A stretch of DNA of 64,000 nt, taken from Sphyrna mokarran (lineage: Eukaryota). The translations under genes and the position numbers were made by a program. The notes under the pieces are model-generated. The model was not told the DNA's origin and did not search any database. It saw nothing but the letters and a program-made list of their open reading frames with translations. Location: positions 99,696,001 through 99,760,000 of the forward strand of contig JAGIQG010000001.1 of the NCBI GenBank assembly GCA_024679065.1, read 5' to 3'. Shown in pieces: positions 1-11,830 of this stretch; positions within the stretch are counted from its first letter, which is position 1; every line of letters starts with the position of its first letter.

Positions 1-189
1 TGGATTTGGTAAAGAATAAAGCCCCTGATCTTAACTTGTTCCATGTGCAACAAGAAAATGCAAGAAGGTGAAGGCCTTATTGATATTCACAAATCTGGTT
101 CTATTGTTTTAAACACATCTTCACACCAACAGTTTTTTACCCTCGTGGGGAATAAAGGGGAAATTGATGGAAGGATTCCTGAGCCAACT

Positions 190-303
190 GTCAGTCTGTT
201 GAACCACATTATGAACACCCCTTCCACGGCCAACAAGTCTTAGGTTTTGCACTTGAACCCACAGCTTCTGCCCAGCAGTGGAGGTGCTACCATTGTGCCA
301 CCA
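190..303 (-). mobile_element. tRNA-derived SINE head, degraded
   Basis: Minus strand reads GGTGGCACAATGGTAGCACC...GGGTTCAAGTGC, resembling Pol III A and B boxes. Confidence 0.4.
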
Positions 304-489
304 GGTCTCATTGGCAGTCAGACTTTAACCCATTGCACTGCCAGTGTGCAAGGAACACGCCCAACTTTCCAAAGAAGTGGCTGAGTAGCAAAAGATTGCA
401 ATGCAGAATGTGTCTAGAGATTAACGGGACTGGGACCATTTTTCATTTGGGTAAGTTCTGCCCCACCAGTTAAATCCTGCCATTTTTGA

Positions 490-1400
490 GTACTTACCCA
501 TTATCCCTACTCTGTTGTCTGTCACTCAACTGGTTTTCCAGCCAGGTCAGTAATTTTCCCTCATTACTTAGGTGTCTACCTTAGTAAAGAGAGTTGTAGC
601 TGATATGCCAAATTAGTCTTCTGAGAAAGTAGAGATATTTGTATACTTTCTTTACTATAGTGTCGACATGGGAGGTACCAGGACAGGTTGTTTGAGATTT
701 GGACACCTAAAAAACTTATGTGAGATTTTATCAAATGCCTTCTGGAAGTCCATATAAACAGCATCCATTACCTTAGTCACCTTTTCAAAAAAATTCGGTG
801 AGGTTTGTTAGGAATGACCTACCTATCATGATTCCATATTGCTTTGCCTAATCAATGAAAATTTGCGAGGTGTTCAGTTACCCTATCCTTGATTAATTTC
901 CCCATCACAGATGTTCGTCTAACTGGTCTGTAATTCCCAGATTTTCTCTTACACCATTCTTAAAAGTGGAGTAACATAAGCAATTTTCCAGTCCAAATGG
1001 GCGACTCTAGGGAACTCTGAAAGTTTATAGTTAGTGCATTACAATATACTCCCTTATTTCATTTAATGCCTCGATAAAACTGACAGGTTCTGGGGACTTA
1101 CTACTCTTCAATTCCACTAATTTTCTCAATATCAATATCTTATTAACATCAATTTTATTTAGACACTGTCCCCAATCTACTGTTAAATTCCTTGAAACTC
1201 CCAGCAAGTTATCTCCTTTTCTACTGTAAATACTGAGACAAAGTGATTATGCAACATGTCTGCCTTCTCCTCCTCAGTGACAATGTCCCACTTTCTGTCT
1301 TTAGTAGGCATACATTGCTCCTGACCACCCACTTACTCTTTATGTAACTATACTATTTCTTATTGATTTTGATGTCTCTTCCTTTCATAATCCTGAGAAG
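490..1400 (-). mobile_element. Old CR1 LINE ORF2 (RT) fragment, interrupted at 589-717
   Basis: Minus-strand translation gives GNYRPV (~910-940), GRSFLTNLTEF (~790-825) and DAVYMDFQKAFDKISH (~718-766); many frameshifts. Confidence 0.75.
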
Positions 1401-1518
1401 AAGCTCTTATAAGCTGGCTGTTTTTTTCTGTGAAGTTGTGCTTTTCCTTCTCAGGGGTATAACTTGGTTATGTATTGCATTAAATGTTTCTTTAAACATC
1501 AATCTTTAATTCTCAATG

Positions 1519-2900
1519 GATTTAATTTGATTTGATTTATTATTGTCATATGTATTAACATACAGTAAAACATATTGTTTCTTGTTCACTACACAAACAA
1601 AACATACTGTTCATAAAGAAGGAAACGAGAGAGTGCAGAATGTAGTGTTACACTCATAGCTAGGTATAGAGAAAGATCAACTTAATACAAGGTAATGCCA
1701 TTCAAAAGTCTGATAGCAGCAGGGAAAAAACTGTTCTTGAGTCAGTTGGTACGTGAACTCAGACTTTTGTATCTTTCTTCCAACAGAAGAAGGTGAAGTG
1801 AGAATGGTTGGGATGCATGAGGTTCTTAACTTTGCTGGCTGCTTTGCCAAAGCAGTGGGAAGTGTAGACAGAGTCAATGGATGAGAGGCTGATTTGTGTG
1901 GTAGACTAGGTTATATTCATGACCTTTTATAGTTCCTTGCGGTCTTGGGCAGAGCAGGAACCATACCAAGCTGTGATATAATCAGAAAGAATGCTTTCTA
2001 TGGGGCATCTATAAAAATTGATGAGAGTCGTAGCTGATATGCCAAATTAGTCTCCTGAGAAAGTAGAGATATTCGTATGCTTTCTTTACTATAGTGTCGA
2101 CATGGGAGGTACTAGGACAGGTTGTTTGTGATTTGGACACCTAAAAAACTTGAAACTCTCAACCCTTTCTATCTCGTCCCTGTTAATGTAGACAGGGGCA
2201 TGTTCTACTTTACGCTTCCTAAAGCTGATGACAATCTCCTTCATTTTGTTGACATTGAGAGAGAGATTATTGTTGCTGCATCAATTCACCAGGTTCTCTA
2301 TCTCATTGTTTGAAATCTGACCCACTACAGTGATGTCATCAGCAAACTTAAAAATCGAATTGGAGGGGAATTTGGCCATACAGTCATTGGTGTATAAGGA
2401 CTATAGCAGAGGACTCAGAACATGGCTTTGTGTGGCACCAAGGTTGAGGATGATCATGGAGGAGGTGTTGTTGCCTACCCTTACTGATTGTGGACTGAGT
2501 TAAATATTGCTTTAAACATTTAAGTTCATAATCTAATTGCAGAGGGAGGTGCTGAGGCCCCGGCTATGAAGTTTGGAGATGAATTTTGTGGGAATAATAA
2601 TGTTGAAGACTGCGCTGTAGTCAATAAATAGGAATCTGACATAGTTATCTGAGTGTTCTAGGATTGAGTGCAGGATTAGGGAAATGGCGTCTGCTGTGGA
2701 CCTGTTGCAGTGGTCAGTGGATCCAGGTAGTCCAGGAGGCTGGAACTGATTTGTGCCATGACTAGGCTTTTGAAGCACTTCATAATGATTTATGTTGAGC
2801 CACTGGTTAGTAGTCATTAAGGCTTGCTGCTTGGTTTTTCTTAGATACCGGGATGATAGTCATCATCTTGAAGCAGATAGGGAGCTCAGATTGTTGTAAA
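1519..2900 (-). mobile_element. Rex/Babar-type LINE, 5'-truncated and degraded
   Basis: ORF 2533-2817 has [11 protein letters not shown]...[18 protein letters not shown]; QSELPICFK..IIPVSKK at ~2830-2890; 3' end is TGACAATAATAAATCAAATCAAA on the minus strand. Confidence 0.85.
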
Positions 2901-2904
2901 ACAA

Positions 2905-3307
2905 TGGTGGGGGGTGGGGGTGGGGGTGGGGGGGGGGGGGTGTGGGGGTGTGGGGGGGGGGGGTGGGGGGGGGTGGGGAGTGGGGGTGGTGGGGGGGGGG
3001 GGGGTGTGGGGGGTGGGGTGTGGGGGGGGGGGTGTGGGTGTGGGGGGGGGGGGGGGGGGTGTGGGGGGTGGGGGTGGGGGGGGGGTGGGTGGGTGGTGGG
3101 GGGGGGGGTGTGGGGGGTGGGGGTGGGGTGGGGGGGGGGGTGTGTGGGGGGGGTGGGGGGTGGGGGGGGTGTGGGGGGTGTGGGGGGGTGTGGGGGTGGG
3201 GGGGGTGTTGGGGTGGGGGGGGTGTGGGGGGGTGGGGGGGGTGGGGGGGGTTGTGGGGGGTGGGGGGTGGGGGGGGGGGGGGTGGTGGGGGGGGGGGTGT
3301 GGGGGGG
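2905..3307. repeat. ~400-bp G-rich (G/T) low-complexity tract
   Basis: Consists almost only of G runs separated by single or double T, with one A; source of the spurious poly-Pro/poly-Gly ORFs. Confidence 0.95.
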
Positions 3308-4540
3308 CAACCAAGGTCCCCCAGGGTCAGGTGGCACAGCATGGTGCCACTGAGTATGGACACCCTGGCAGTGCTAGTCTGTGCCCCAGCACTGCCCCAG
3401 CACTGCCCCAGCACTGCCCCAAGGGGCAAAGTGCCAGTGCTCAGGGGGCACCTTGGCATTGCACACCTGGCATGGGACAGCGCCAAAGGGGTAGGGCCTG
3501 CTTGGGGCGATTGATGGGGTCTGTCTGCTGCCACTCTACCATTGCGATTGATGCCTGGTCTCCATGATCAGGGCAGGCAGGTAGGGGTGTCTGCTGGAAG
3601 GTGTGGGTTTCTGGCGGGGGAGGTCTCCCTCCTGTGGGGAGGAGGGTAGTGCTAAGGGGTTTGCCTCCTGAAAGGTGGGCAGGGGTTCAGCAGAGGATGT
3701 CACCCTCCTGTGAAGAGGGGGTTGTGTTGGGGGGGGGCAATCTGCCAGCGGGTGGGAGGATCATCACTGCTGGTGGGGGCAGGGGTGGGGGGTGGTGCTG
3801 GAGATCATAAATTTCCAAGACAGGAGGGAGGTCAGGGCTGGTCTGCAAATGGCTGGGTGGCCATGATTAGGCCCAGGGGGACAGGTTAGGGGGGTGACAG
3901 CACTGAGGGAATCCTGGGCTGGTCAGCAATTGAGCTGGCCAGCAAACTGCAGACTGACAGATAGGGGCCAGTGTGCATGCACAGAGGCCTGGAACAGTCA
4001 GACTCCAGCATGAATAGGCCCTGCCCCTAAACTTTTAATTATATTCACCATTGTGACATCTTCATTGCACAGAGTGGGAGATTAGAGTGCGACCTTCCAC
4101 TGAAAAAACAATCGTGATTTCTTTTTAATTCATTCTTGGACATGAACATCACTGTTTGCCCAGCACTTATTGCCCATAATGACTTGTCCTTGTTCAGAAG
4201 ACAATTAAATGTCAGCCATATTGCTGTGGCTCTGGAATCATATGAAGGCCAGACCAGGTGAGGACAGCAGATTTCCTTCCCTACAGGACGTTATTGAACC
4301 AAATGGGCTTTTCTGACAATCAACAATAGTTTCATGGTCATCAGTAGATTCTTAATTCCAGATATTTTATTTATTGAATTCAAATTCCACTGTCTGCAGG
4401 ATTTGAACCTGCTGCCCCAGAATATTAGCTGAGTTTCTGGATTAATATCTATCGCTACCACCACGAGGCCATCGCCTCCCCGTTTACACCAGTTTTTCTG
4501 TTAATTCACCACTTGGAACATTTTGGGGGAAATCACCCTA
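3308..4540 (+). mobile_element. GC-rich non-autonomous interspersed repeat (probable DNA-transposon derivative), copy A; left part missing, SINE inserted
   Basis: Shares GGCAAAGTGCCA, GGCACCCTGGCA and GTGGGAGATT...CCACTGAAAAAAC blocks with 10171-11255. Its right end ATCACCCTA resembles ATCACCCCTA at ~28098. Contains an 11-bp tandem (GCCCCAGCACT)x3 at 3382-3420. Confidence 0.55.
4122..4481 (-). mobile_element. tRNA-derived SINE with L2-like 3' tail
   Basis: Head GGGGAGGCGATGGCCTCGTGG...GGTTCAAATCC (A/B boxes). Tail GGGCAATAAGTGCTGG...GAATGAATTAAAAAG resembles the LINE end at 22948-23010. A truncated second head lies at ~55546-55610. Confidence 0.8.
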
Positions 4541-6100
4541 CCCCATCCCTTTATTTGGGCCGCACATTCTAACCTGTCCCTTAGTACTGACACTTTATTC
4601 ACATTTTTTTTTATTTTTGTCTCTTCTGGTTTAAGTAATATGCTTGTAATAATTTTTCCATTACTTGCCATGCCTGAAATAGGATTCCTGATTGTTTCTA
4701 CACTCTTTGTCCTGTTATTTGTTTTTGAAACTGTACCGACTTCCTTTGAGGTCTCCCATGTTTACTGGTTGTGACCACCTGATTTATCCTTTCTGCTAGG
4801 ACATTGGTCCCAGATCAGTTCAGGTGGTGCCCGCCCCAAGAGTACAGTTCCTTTCTGTCCCAATACTGATGCCAGTGCCCCACAAAAGGGAACCTCTCTT
4901 TTCTGCATTACTCCTTTAGACACATGTTTACTTCCTAATTTTCTTATCTCTATGCCAATTGGCATAATGTCCAGGTAGCAAACCAATGATTATAACCCCT
5001 AAGGTTCTTTCAGTCTGTTCCTAACTCCTGATATTGCCCAACTAGGACCTCTTGCTTATGTTGTTAGTCCCAACATGAGCCATAACAACTGGATCCTCCC
5101 CCTTCCTCTCCAAAATCACTTCAAGCCAGTTTGAGATGTCCCTCACCTTGAAACCAGGTAGGCAATATACCATGCTGTCTCTCAATCCTGCTTACAAAGG
5201 ATGCTGTCTGTACACCTCATTATAGAATTCCCCTAGCACTATCACTTTTTTTCTTTTTCCCTTCCCTAGTTGAATAGCCTCCTGTACCACAATGCAGTTG
5301 TCAGTTTGACCATCCTCTCAACAGTCTTTTTCCTCATCTACATATGGAGCAAATACCTCCTACCTGCTGGACAAGATCAAGAGCTGATGATCCTCCAATG
5401 CTAGATTCGGGATCCCTCTGCTTGCCTTACTCATCATCACACCTTCCTGGCCCGCACCACTGCCAAATTTGACATAATGTGGAAATGCCGGTGTTGGACT
5501 GGAGTAAACGCAGTAAGAAGTTTGACAACACCAGGTTTTATCAAATAAATCGGTTGGCTTTAAGCCTGGTGTTGTCAAATTTGACATACTCAGCCCATAA
5601 AGTGTGACTGCCTGAAACACATCAAGGTAACTTTTCCCCCTTCCCTGATGTGCCACAGTGTCTGAAGCTCAAATTCCAGCTCATCAACTCTGAGCCAAGT
5701 TTCTTGAGTGAGAAACACTTTCTGCAGATCTGGTCACTGTAGCTGGCAATGGAATTCATCAACTCCCACATACCACAGCTACAACACATCGCCTGCACTG
5801 CCATTTTTAATTTAGTTAATTAGGTTTTTTTAATACTTAAAATAATATTCTCAGACTACCCGTTAATAATGATACACTCTTCTAAATTTGCTGCTACTTA
5901 AAACTAGTCCCTATAAATTCCTTACCAGCCAATCAGCACACTTTCCTGTGCTATCACATATTTCAATTTTCAGATTTTATTAGTTCAGTCACTGCCGTTC
6001 ATCCAAGTTTGTGTTTCTGCGTTCCCCCTCCTGCTGCTGCCTGGACTGACACTCAGTTAGCAATTGATGCTAAAGTTTCACTTGCCTCCATTATACTTGC
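4541..6100 (-). mobile_element. 5' portion of a CR1 LINE: degraded ORF1 (Cys-rich N-terminus plus SGNH-esterase-like domain)
   Basis: MAVQAMCCSCGMWEL...CRKC (5622-5804); frameshifted GHWHQYWD...HLN-like esterase segment at ~4810-4890. Confidence 0.65.
5477..5579. mobile_element. Mini Penelope-terminus-derived insertion with inverted repeat and flanking direct repeat
   Basis: ACAACACCAGG/CCTGGTGTTGT matches the Penelope end at ~50345-50360; 15-bp inverted repeat at 5521-5535/5565-5579; 13-bp direct repeat CAAATTTGACATA at 5464-5476 and 5576-5588. Confidence 0.7.
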
Positions 6101-6118
6101 TGCACCTACATAGGGCGG

Positions 6119-7385
6119 AACATAGAACATAGAACATAGAACATTACAGCACAGAACAGGCCCTTCGGCCTTCAATGTTGCGCCGACCAATATAAAAAGC
6201 AATGACCCTCCAAACTAAACCATTCCCTTCTCTTCCATATACGTATCAACTAACCTCTTAAACGCCACCAAACTTGGCGCATCTACAACTGCCGCAGGCA
6301 GGGCATTCCACTCCCAAACCACCCTTTGGATAAAGAACCTACCTCTGATATCCGTCCTATAACTATCACCCCTTAATTTAAAGCTGTGTCCCCTCGTGCT
6401 AGCTTTCTCCATCCTAGGAAAAAGGCTATCACTGTCCACCCTATCTAAACCTCTATCATCTTATATGTTTCAATAAGGTCTCCTCTTAGCCGCCTTCTTT
6501 CCAACGAAAACAACCTCAAATCCCTCAGCCTCTCTTCATAAGACCTGCCCTCCATACCAGGCAACATCCTGGTAAACCTCCTCTGTACCTTCTCCAATGC
6601 CTCCACATCTTTCTTATAATGTGGGGACCAGAACTGCACACAATACTCCAAGTGCGGCCGCACTGGAGTTTTGTACAGTTGCAACATGACGTTGCAGGCT
6701 CCGAAATTCAATCCCCCTACCAATAAAAGCTAAGACTCCATATGCCTTCTTAACAACCTTCTCGACTTGACTGCCTACTTTCAGGGATCTATGCACAAAT
6801 ACACCAAGATTCCTCTGTTCATCAACACTATTAAGAATCCTACCATTAGCCCTATACTCTACACATTTATTATTCCTGCCAAAGTGCATTACCTCACACT
6901 TTTCCACATTAAACTCCATTTGCCACCTCTCAGCCCAGCTCTGCAACTTGTCTAAGTCTCTCTGCAAACTATAATACCCCTCTTCACTATCTACCACTCC
7001 ACCGACTTTAGTGTCACCTGCAAATTTACTAATCCATCCTTCAATACCCTCATCCAGATCATTTATAAAAATTACAAACAGCAGGGGCCCCAAAACAGAC
7101 CCCTGAGGTACACCACTTGTCACCAAACTCCACGATGAATATCTCCCATTAACCACCACCCTCTGTCTTCTATCTGCTAGCCAATTCCTAACCCAATTAG
7201 CTAAATCACCCTCTATCCCCTACATCTGCATTTTCTGCAGAAGTCTTCCATGGGCCACCTTATCAAACGCCTTACTAAAGTCCATATATACCACATCAAC
7301 CGCCTTACCCCCATCCACCTCTTTAGTCACTTTTTCAAAAAACTCAATGAGGTTAGTAAGGCACGACCTACCCTTCACAAAACCA
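6119..7385 (-). mobile_element. Young 5'-truncated CR1 LINE (ORF2 RT and C-terminus)
   Basis: SGVPQGSVLGPLLFVIFINDL, SKFAGDTK, RPHLEYCVQFWSP, TRGHSFKL; (CATAGAA)n tail at ~6119-6143; nearly identical to 50972-51758. Confidence 0.97.
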
Positions 7386-7760
7386 TAGCACAGTGGGTTA
7401 GCACTATTGCCTCACAGCACCAGAGATCCAGATTCAATTCTGGTCTCAGGTCCCTGTCTGTGTGCGTTTGCACATGCTCCCCACGTCTACATGGTTGGTG
7501 AGCAGTAACTAGCAGTATGTCATTGGGTTCCGTTCTCAGGCCCCAACTATTTACAATCTTTATTAATAACTTGGGCTCCAGTTTCTTCCCACAACCCAAA
7601 CATGTGGGTTAAGTTGATTGGCCATGCTAAACTAACTCTAGTGTCAGGGGGATTAGCAGAGAAAACATGAGGGTTAAGGGAACAAAACCTAGGTGGGATT
7701 GTGATAGGTATAAGCTTGATGAGCCAAATGGCCTCTTTTTGCACTACAAGGATTCTATGT
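7386..7760 (+). mobile_element. HE1/V-SINE-type SINE with CR1-type tail; extreme 5' end (GGGCGG at 6113) split off by the CR1; internal insert at ~7495-7573
   Basis: AGCACAGTGGGTTAGCAC...GATTCAATTC head, GTTTGCACATGCTCCCC core, GGCCTCTTTTTGCACTAC..GATTCTATG tail. Confidence 0.85.
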
Positions 7761-8350
7761 GTTAACTTTCTGTGATTCATGCACAATGACACCCAGATCC
7801 TGTTCCTCAAAAAGTTTTTCTCCATTTGAGAATAAGTTACCTTTTTATTCCTCTGACCAAAAAAACCTCACACTTATCCATGTTAAATTCCATCTGCCAA
7901 ATTTTGGCCCACTCACCCAACCTATCTATACCCATTTTTAAATTTATTATTTCCTGGATGCTGCAAGAATATTTATTGCTTTCCCAGCACTGGTGCATTC
8001 TATTCCTGCATCCAAGTTATTAATATAGATTGTAAGTAGTTGGGGCCTGAGAACTGAACCCTCTGGCACACCATGAGTTACAATGTGCCAACCAGAAAAA
8101 AATATATTTATCCCCATTCTCTGCTTTCTGTTCGTTAGCTAATCCTCTTATCAAAGCTAATGTATTACCACCAACCCCAAGGGATCTTATTTTGTGCATT
8201 AATCTTTTGGGCAGCAACTTATCAAATACTTTCTGGAAGTCCAGGTACATTACATCTATAGGAACTCAATTATCCACTCTGCTCACTGCATGTTCAAAGA
8301 ACTCTAGCAAATCAGTCAAACATGATTTACCCTTCATAAAACCATGCTGA
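7761..8350 (-). mobile_element. Old CR1 RT fragment
   Basis: MYLDFQKVFDKL...IRSLGVGGN (ORF 8020-8250); frameshifted GVPEGSVLRPQLLTIYINNL. Confidence 0.85.
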
Positions 8351-9869
8351 TATCCTGGAATGTTTTAATTTATAACAAAGGCATTTCAATTATCCATAAC
8401 TTCTGCACCATTAAAGACTATAAGAAGCCTTTCTCAGAAAAATGTTACCATTTCTTGTTTCAGACACAAATATGTTTCAACCTCCTTTCATACATGGTCT
8501 ATGAATGACCTGCATTAACTGGTTTGCCAAGTTGATTAAAATTTAAAACTCCAATTGTGGATGTACCACAGCATATTCTAAAATGTAGGAAAATCGTGAA
8601 CAAAATGTATTTCCTTTTCCTTAAGCCAGATTTCATGTCCCAAGGAACTCTCGAATGGGAATCACAAAAATTGAGGCTGTTGGCCAGAAAATTTTGGATT
8701 TTTTTCTCCAAAAGAGTTCCACACAAACTTTGGGTTGTAATCCCACATACAAAGCTGAGAGTGAATATGACAACAATAGTGATGAGGATTTGGTGGAAGG
8801 GAGTCTTTATTTGTTGCTAAGTGAATCAGATATGTGGGATGATTTTGATGACTATACCACTGTCAATTGAGTATTGCCAGTGTTACGAACTGCCCAGCTT
8901 CTGAAGCCACTAGTCCATAGCAGTCAGCCATGCGATGTAGCCTAAGTCTCAACTGTGATAAGATAAGGGTCCCCTTAGGCTCAGGGGCCTCGTTCAGCAG
9001 AAGCTCAATCAGTCACCCCTCAGAATAAAAACTCTGGGGCAGCAACGTCTAGGAATCTTATCAGAAAAGCTTCTCTAGTGATCCAGACCAATCAAGGGAA
9101 TTAGTTTGATCATATTTTTAAAATAAATATGATAGGTCTTAAATTGGTTTTGTTTTTTTTCAAAACTTGTGAAGTCTCACTGGATTTGGTAGAGGCAGCC
9201 GGCAGTTTTCCTTAATGGGAGTCAAAAAAGCAGACACTTAAGCATAGACTGATTCAAATTGACAGGATGTCTGGGGAGAGGTTGCAGTGGAATTTTGCTA
9301 AGAGTATTTTAATCCGTGGAGAACGTTCTAGTCTCTCCAGGAATGCTGCTGATGGCTCACACAGAGAAATTCTGGAATCCTTAGAGTGTTTATCAATTTA
9401 GTTTCCTCAGCATCCTCAGTCAGCTATTCCCTTTCTATATAGCAAATAAATGAAGAGAACACAAGCACCATCAGACTTATTCTATTTAGGGGGTATAAAA
9501 TTAAACCCCCTGCCACCATCCCGTTTAAAAAACTGTGAAAGCTAATGTTTACAATGACACAAATCCACTTCAGTTTTCTCAATGACTGAGAAACTCCATT
9601 GACCCCAAAATATTCCAGAATCCTTATAGTGCTAGCAATAATGCAGAAACTCTATAGACCTCTTTGTGACAACAAACTCTATACTGTAATTCTCTTAGAC
9701 GATACAGCCCACTCTGGTGGGTCTACAGCTCTCATTGTAAGATTTTCCAAGTAAGTTTGAAATGCAATATATGGTCGAGTCATGGAAGCAAAGAATACAA
9801 ATAACCTCCCAGTTTCTCTTAAGTCAACAAATTGTCTCCCAGAAACAAATGAAAGATCAAAAAGTCCCA

Positions 9870-10050
9870 GAAGACAATTGGCTGCTCTGTCTCTTTTTGA
9901 GAGAGCGAGCTGACTGGTGATAATTTGACCTGAGGATCACAACACCTCAATGAGGGGCAAGGATGAGACTATGAGCCTTCACAAATAACCTGAGTTGGCA
10001 TAGGAATTGAACTCATGCTCATCATGAACCAGCTAATCAAGCTAATTGCA
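9870..10050 (-). mobile_element. Degraded tRNA-derived SINE
   Basis: B-box-like GAGTTCAATTCC on the minus strand at ~10003-10014; the body is otherwise decayed. Confidence 0.4.
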
Positions 10051-10170
10051 CGCAATGGTGTGGAATTGATGGGAACGGTAATATCCAATGCCATTGATCT
10101 CAATTGCAAACAATGTGTGCCATTGAAAAGTTAGGTGGTGAAATTTGGCTGATCTATTTTAAAACAAATG

Positions 10171-11255
10171 TGGGCCACAATTCTCACATCCCACGGCACC
10201 AAAATATTAGTGCAACAGGCCGATTTGTGGGGTTCGCATATGCGTTCGCACTCCATTAGTGTCTTGCAGTGCCTGATTCCTGGTGGTATCAGATCCATAA
10301 TGGATATCAATTGGAAGGCACAAAGAGCAAAGAGCAAGTTATCATTTGCATGGAGTCTGAATGCCTGGGACTGAAGGCTCCAAGCTTGCTGTATCTCCCA
10401 GCCACTCTCTCCCACCCCACCACTGTGGGGTCTAGAGGAGCTCCCCACTAACAGGGAACTAGTAGCCCAACCCCGCTGGATTGAAGGGGAAGTGCAATTG
10501 GGCCCCAAAAGCATTGGACAGTATGGGGTGCCCCCTGGGCATTGGCACCCTGGCAGTGTCAGTCTGTACATCCTGGCACTGCACAAGAGGCAAAGTGCCA
10601 ATGTCTAGGAGCACCTTGGCACTGTCCATCAATCATGGGGGAGTATCAAAAGGGTGGGCCCTAGTGGAGGGACCTGTTTAGGGTGATCGATGGGCATGGC
10701 GGCTCCCTCTGCCGCTTTGCATAGGGATTGCTGGGGGAAAGAGGGAGGGCAGCAATTGGGGTGGGGTAGGCTGGGAGGGGCACCAACCGGGTTAGCCTGC
10801 TGGGAGAGGGTCAGCACTGCAGCGAAGGGGAGGGGGTTCAGGACTATGGAGATGAGGAATCGATGGAGGCGGAAAGAGTTGGAGATTGGGGCCGACCAGA
10901 AGGATGCGTTCAGAGGACAAGTGATCGGGCCCTGGGGGTGTGGGGGGGGGGATGTTGTGGAGGGTGAGTGATGTTGGGATCACTGGGCTTGCCAGCAATT
11001 GGACTGGTTAACTGTTGAGAGGCTGGCAGTGCAGGGCCACTGCACATGCACCGATGTCAGCACTGACAGGTCAATACATGTGCAGTAGCCCGTTCAGTGC
11101 AGTCAACCTCTTCAGTGGGAATAGGCTGCATCTCCTAGTGGCCTCTGCAGCGCGCAGTGTGGGAGATTCTTCTCTGAACTCCCACTGAAAAAACCAGCGT
11201 AAAATACTCCAGTTTTCACATGGTCGACTTTCAGAATTTTTTTGAGAGAATAACT
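10171..11255 (+). mobile_element. GC-rich non-autonomous repeat, copy B
   Basis: Colinear similarity to 3308-4540 (GGCAAAGTGCCA; GGGCCACTGCACATGCAC; GTGGGAGATT...CCACTGAAAAAAC); no coding similarity recognised. Confidence 0.55.
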
Positions 11256-11699
11256 TTTATGATTTTGGAACAGACTATTTCTAAAAAGCAACACACCTTT
11301 TCAACACTCAAGTTGCTAGTGATTCCTGCCTTCAGCCCATCCCTTCTCCCCACCCACTCAACAAAATTCAGGAGCTGGTAGCTCATGACAAAACTTTGCA
11401 ATTAGCTGTATTTTATTGTTACGAGATTTATATTTACTTTGGTACGAGATGGCAAGTTTGAATAGAGATTTAGTTAGAAGGAAAGAGATATATTTTGCAT
11501 CATTGGTTAAATTGATATTTGTGTAAGCGTTCTTAGTCTTTAATTAAATGCAAGGCCAGGACATTATCAACAGTCTTAACAGAAAGAGACACTTGGTAGA
11601 TGGATATTTTTTATTAAGCCTGAATAAGTGGGCCTCACTGCCACTTTTTATCGCTGGTATTAACACATTCCATAGAGAAAGCTAAATGCTTTGTTCAAA

Positions 11700-11830
11700 A
11701 GGGCTCTGACGCTATGAATATTTGTTCCAAATGCTGTCAATCATCCAAACATGAAATACTATTGCAAGAATTGATTAATTCCCTGAAGGTTTATCTCTTG
11801 AATCCTTAAACAACCCGTGATGACATTTGG
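11700..11830. promoter_or_regulatory. Candidate enhancer core with TALE/Hox motifs in a repeat-free island
   Basis: TGATTGACAG (Pbx-Meis/Prep decamer) on the minus strand at 11734-11743 and TGATTAAT (Pbx-Hox type) at 11772-11779. Motif evidence only. Confidence 0.35.

Noticed and set aside
2807-3567. Six overlapping poly-Pro/poly-Gly ORFs (extensin- or glycine-rich-like)
   Set aside because: All frames are open only because the G-tract lacks stop codons.
8400-9840. Possible Gypsy integrase (SQGTLE, cf. SQGALER) and L1/Tx1 endonuclease echoes
   Set aside because: Motifs too short and decayed to support a call by eye.
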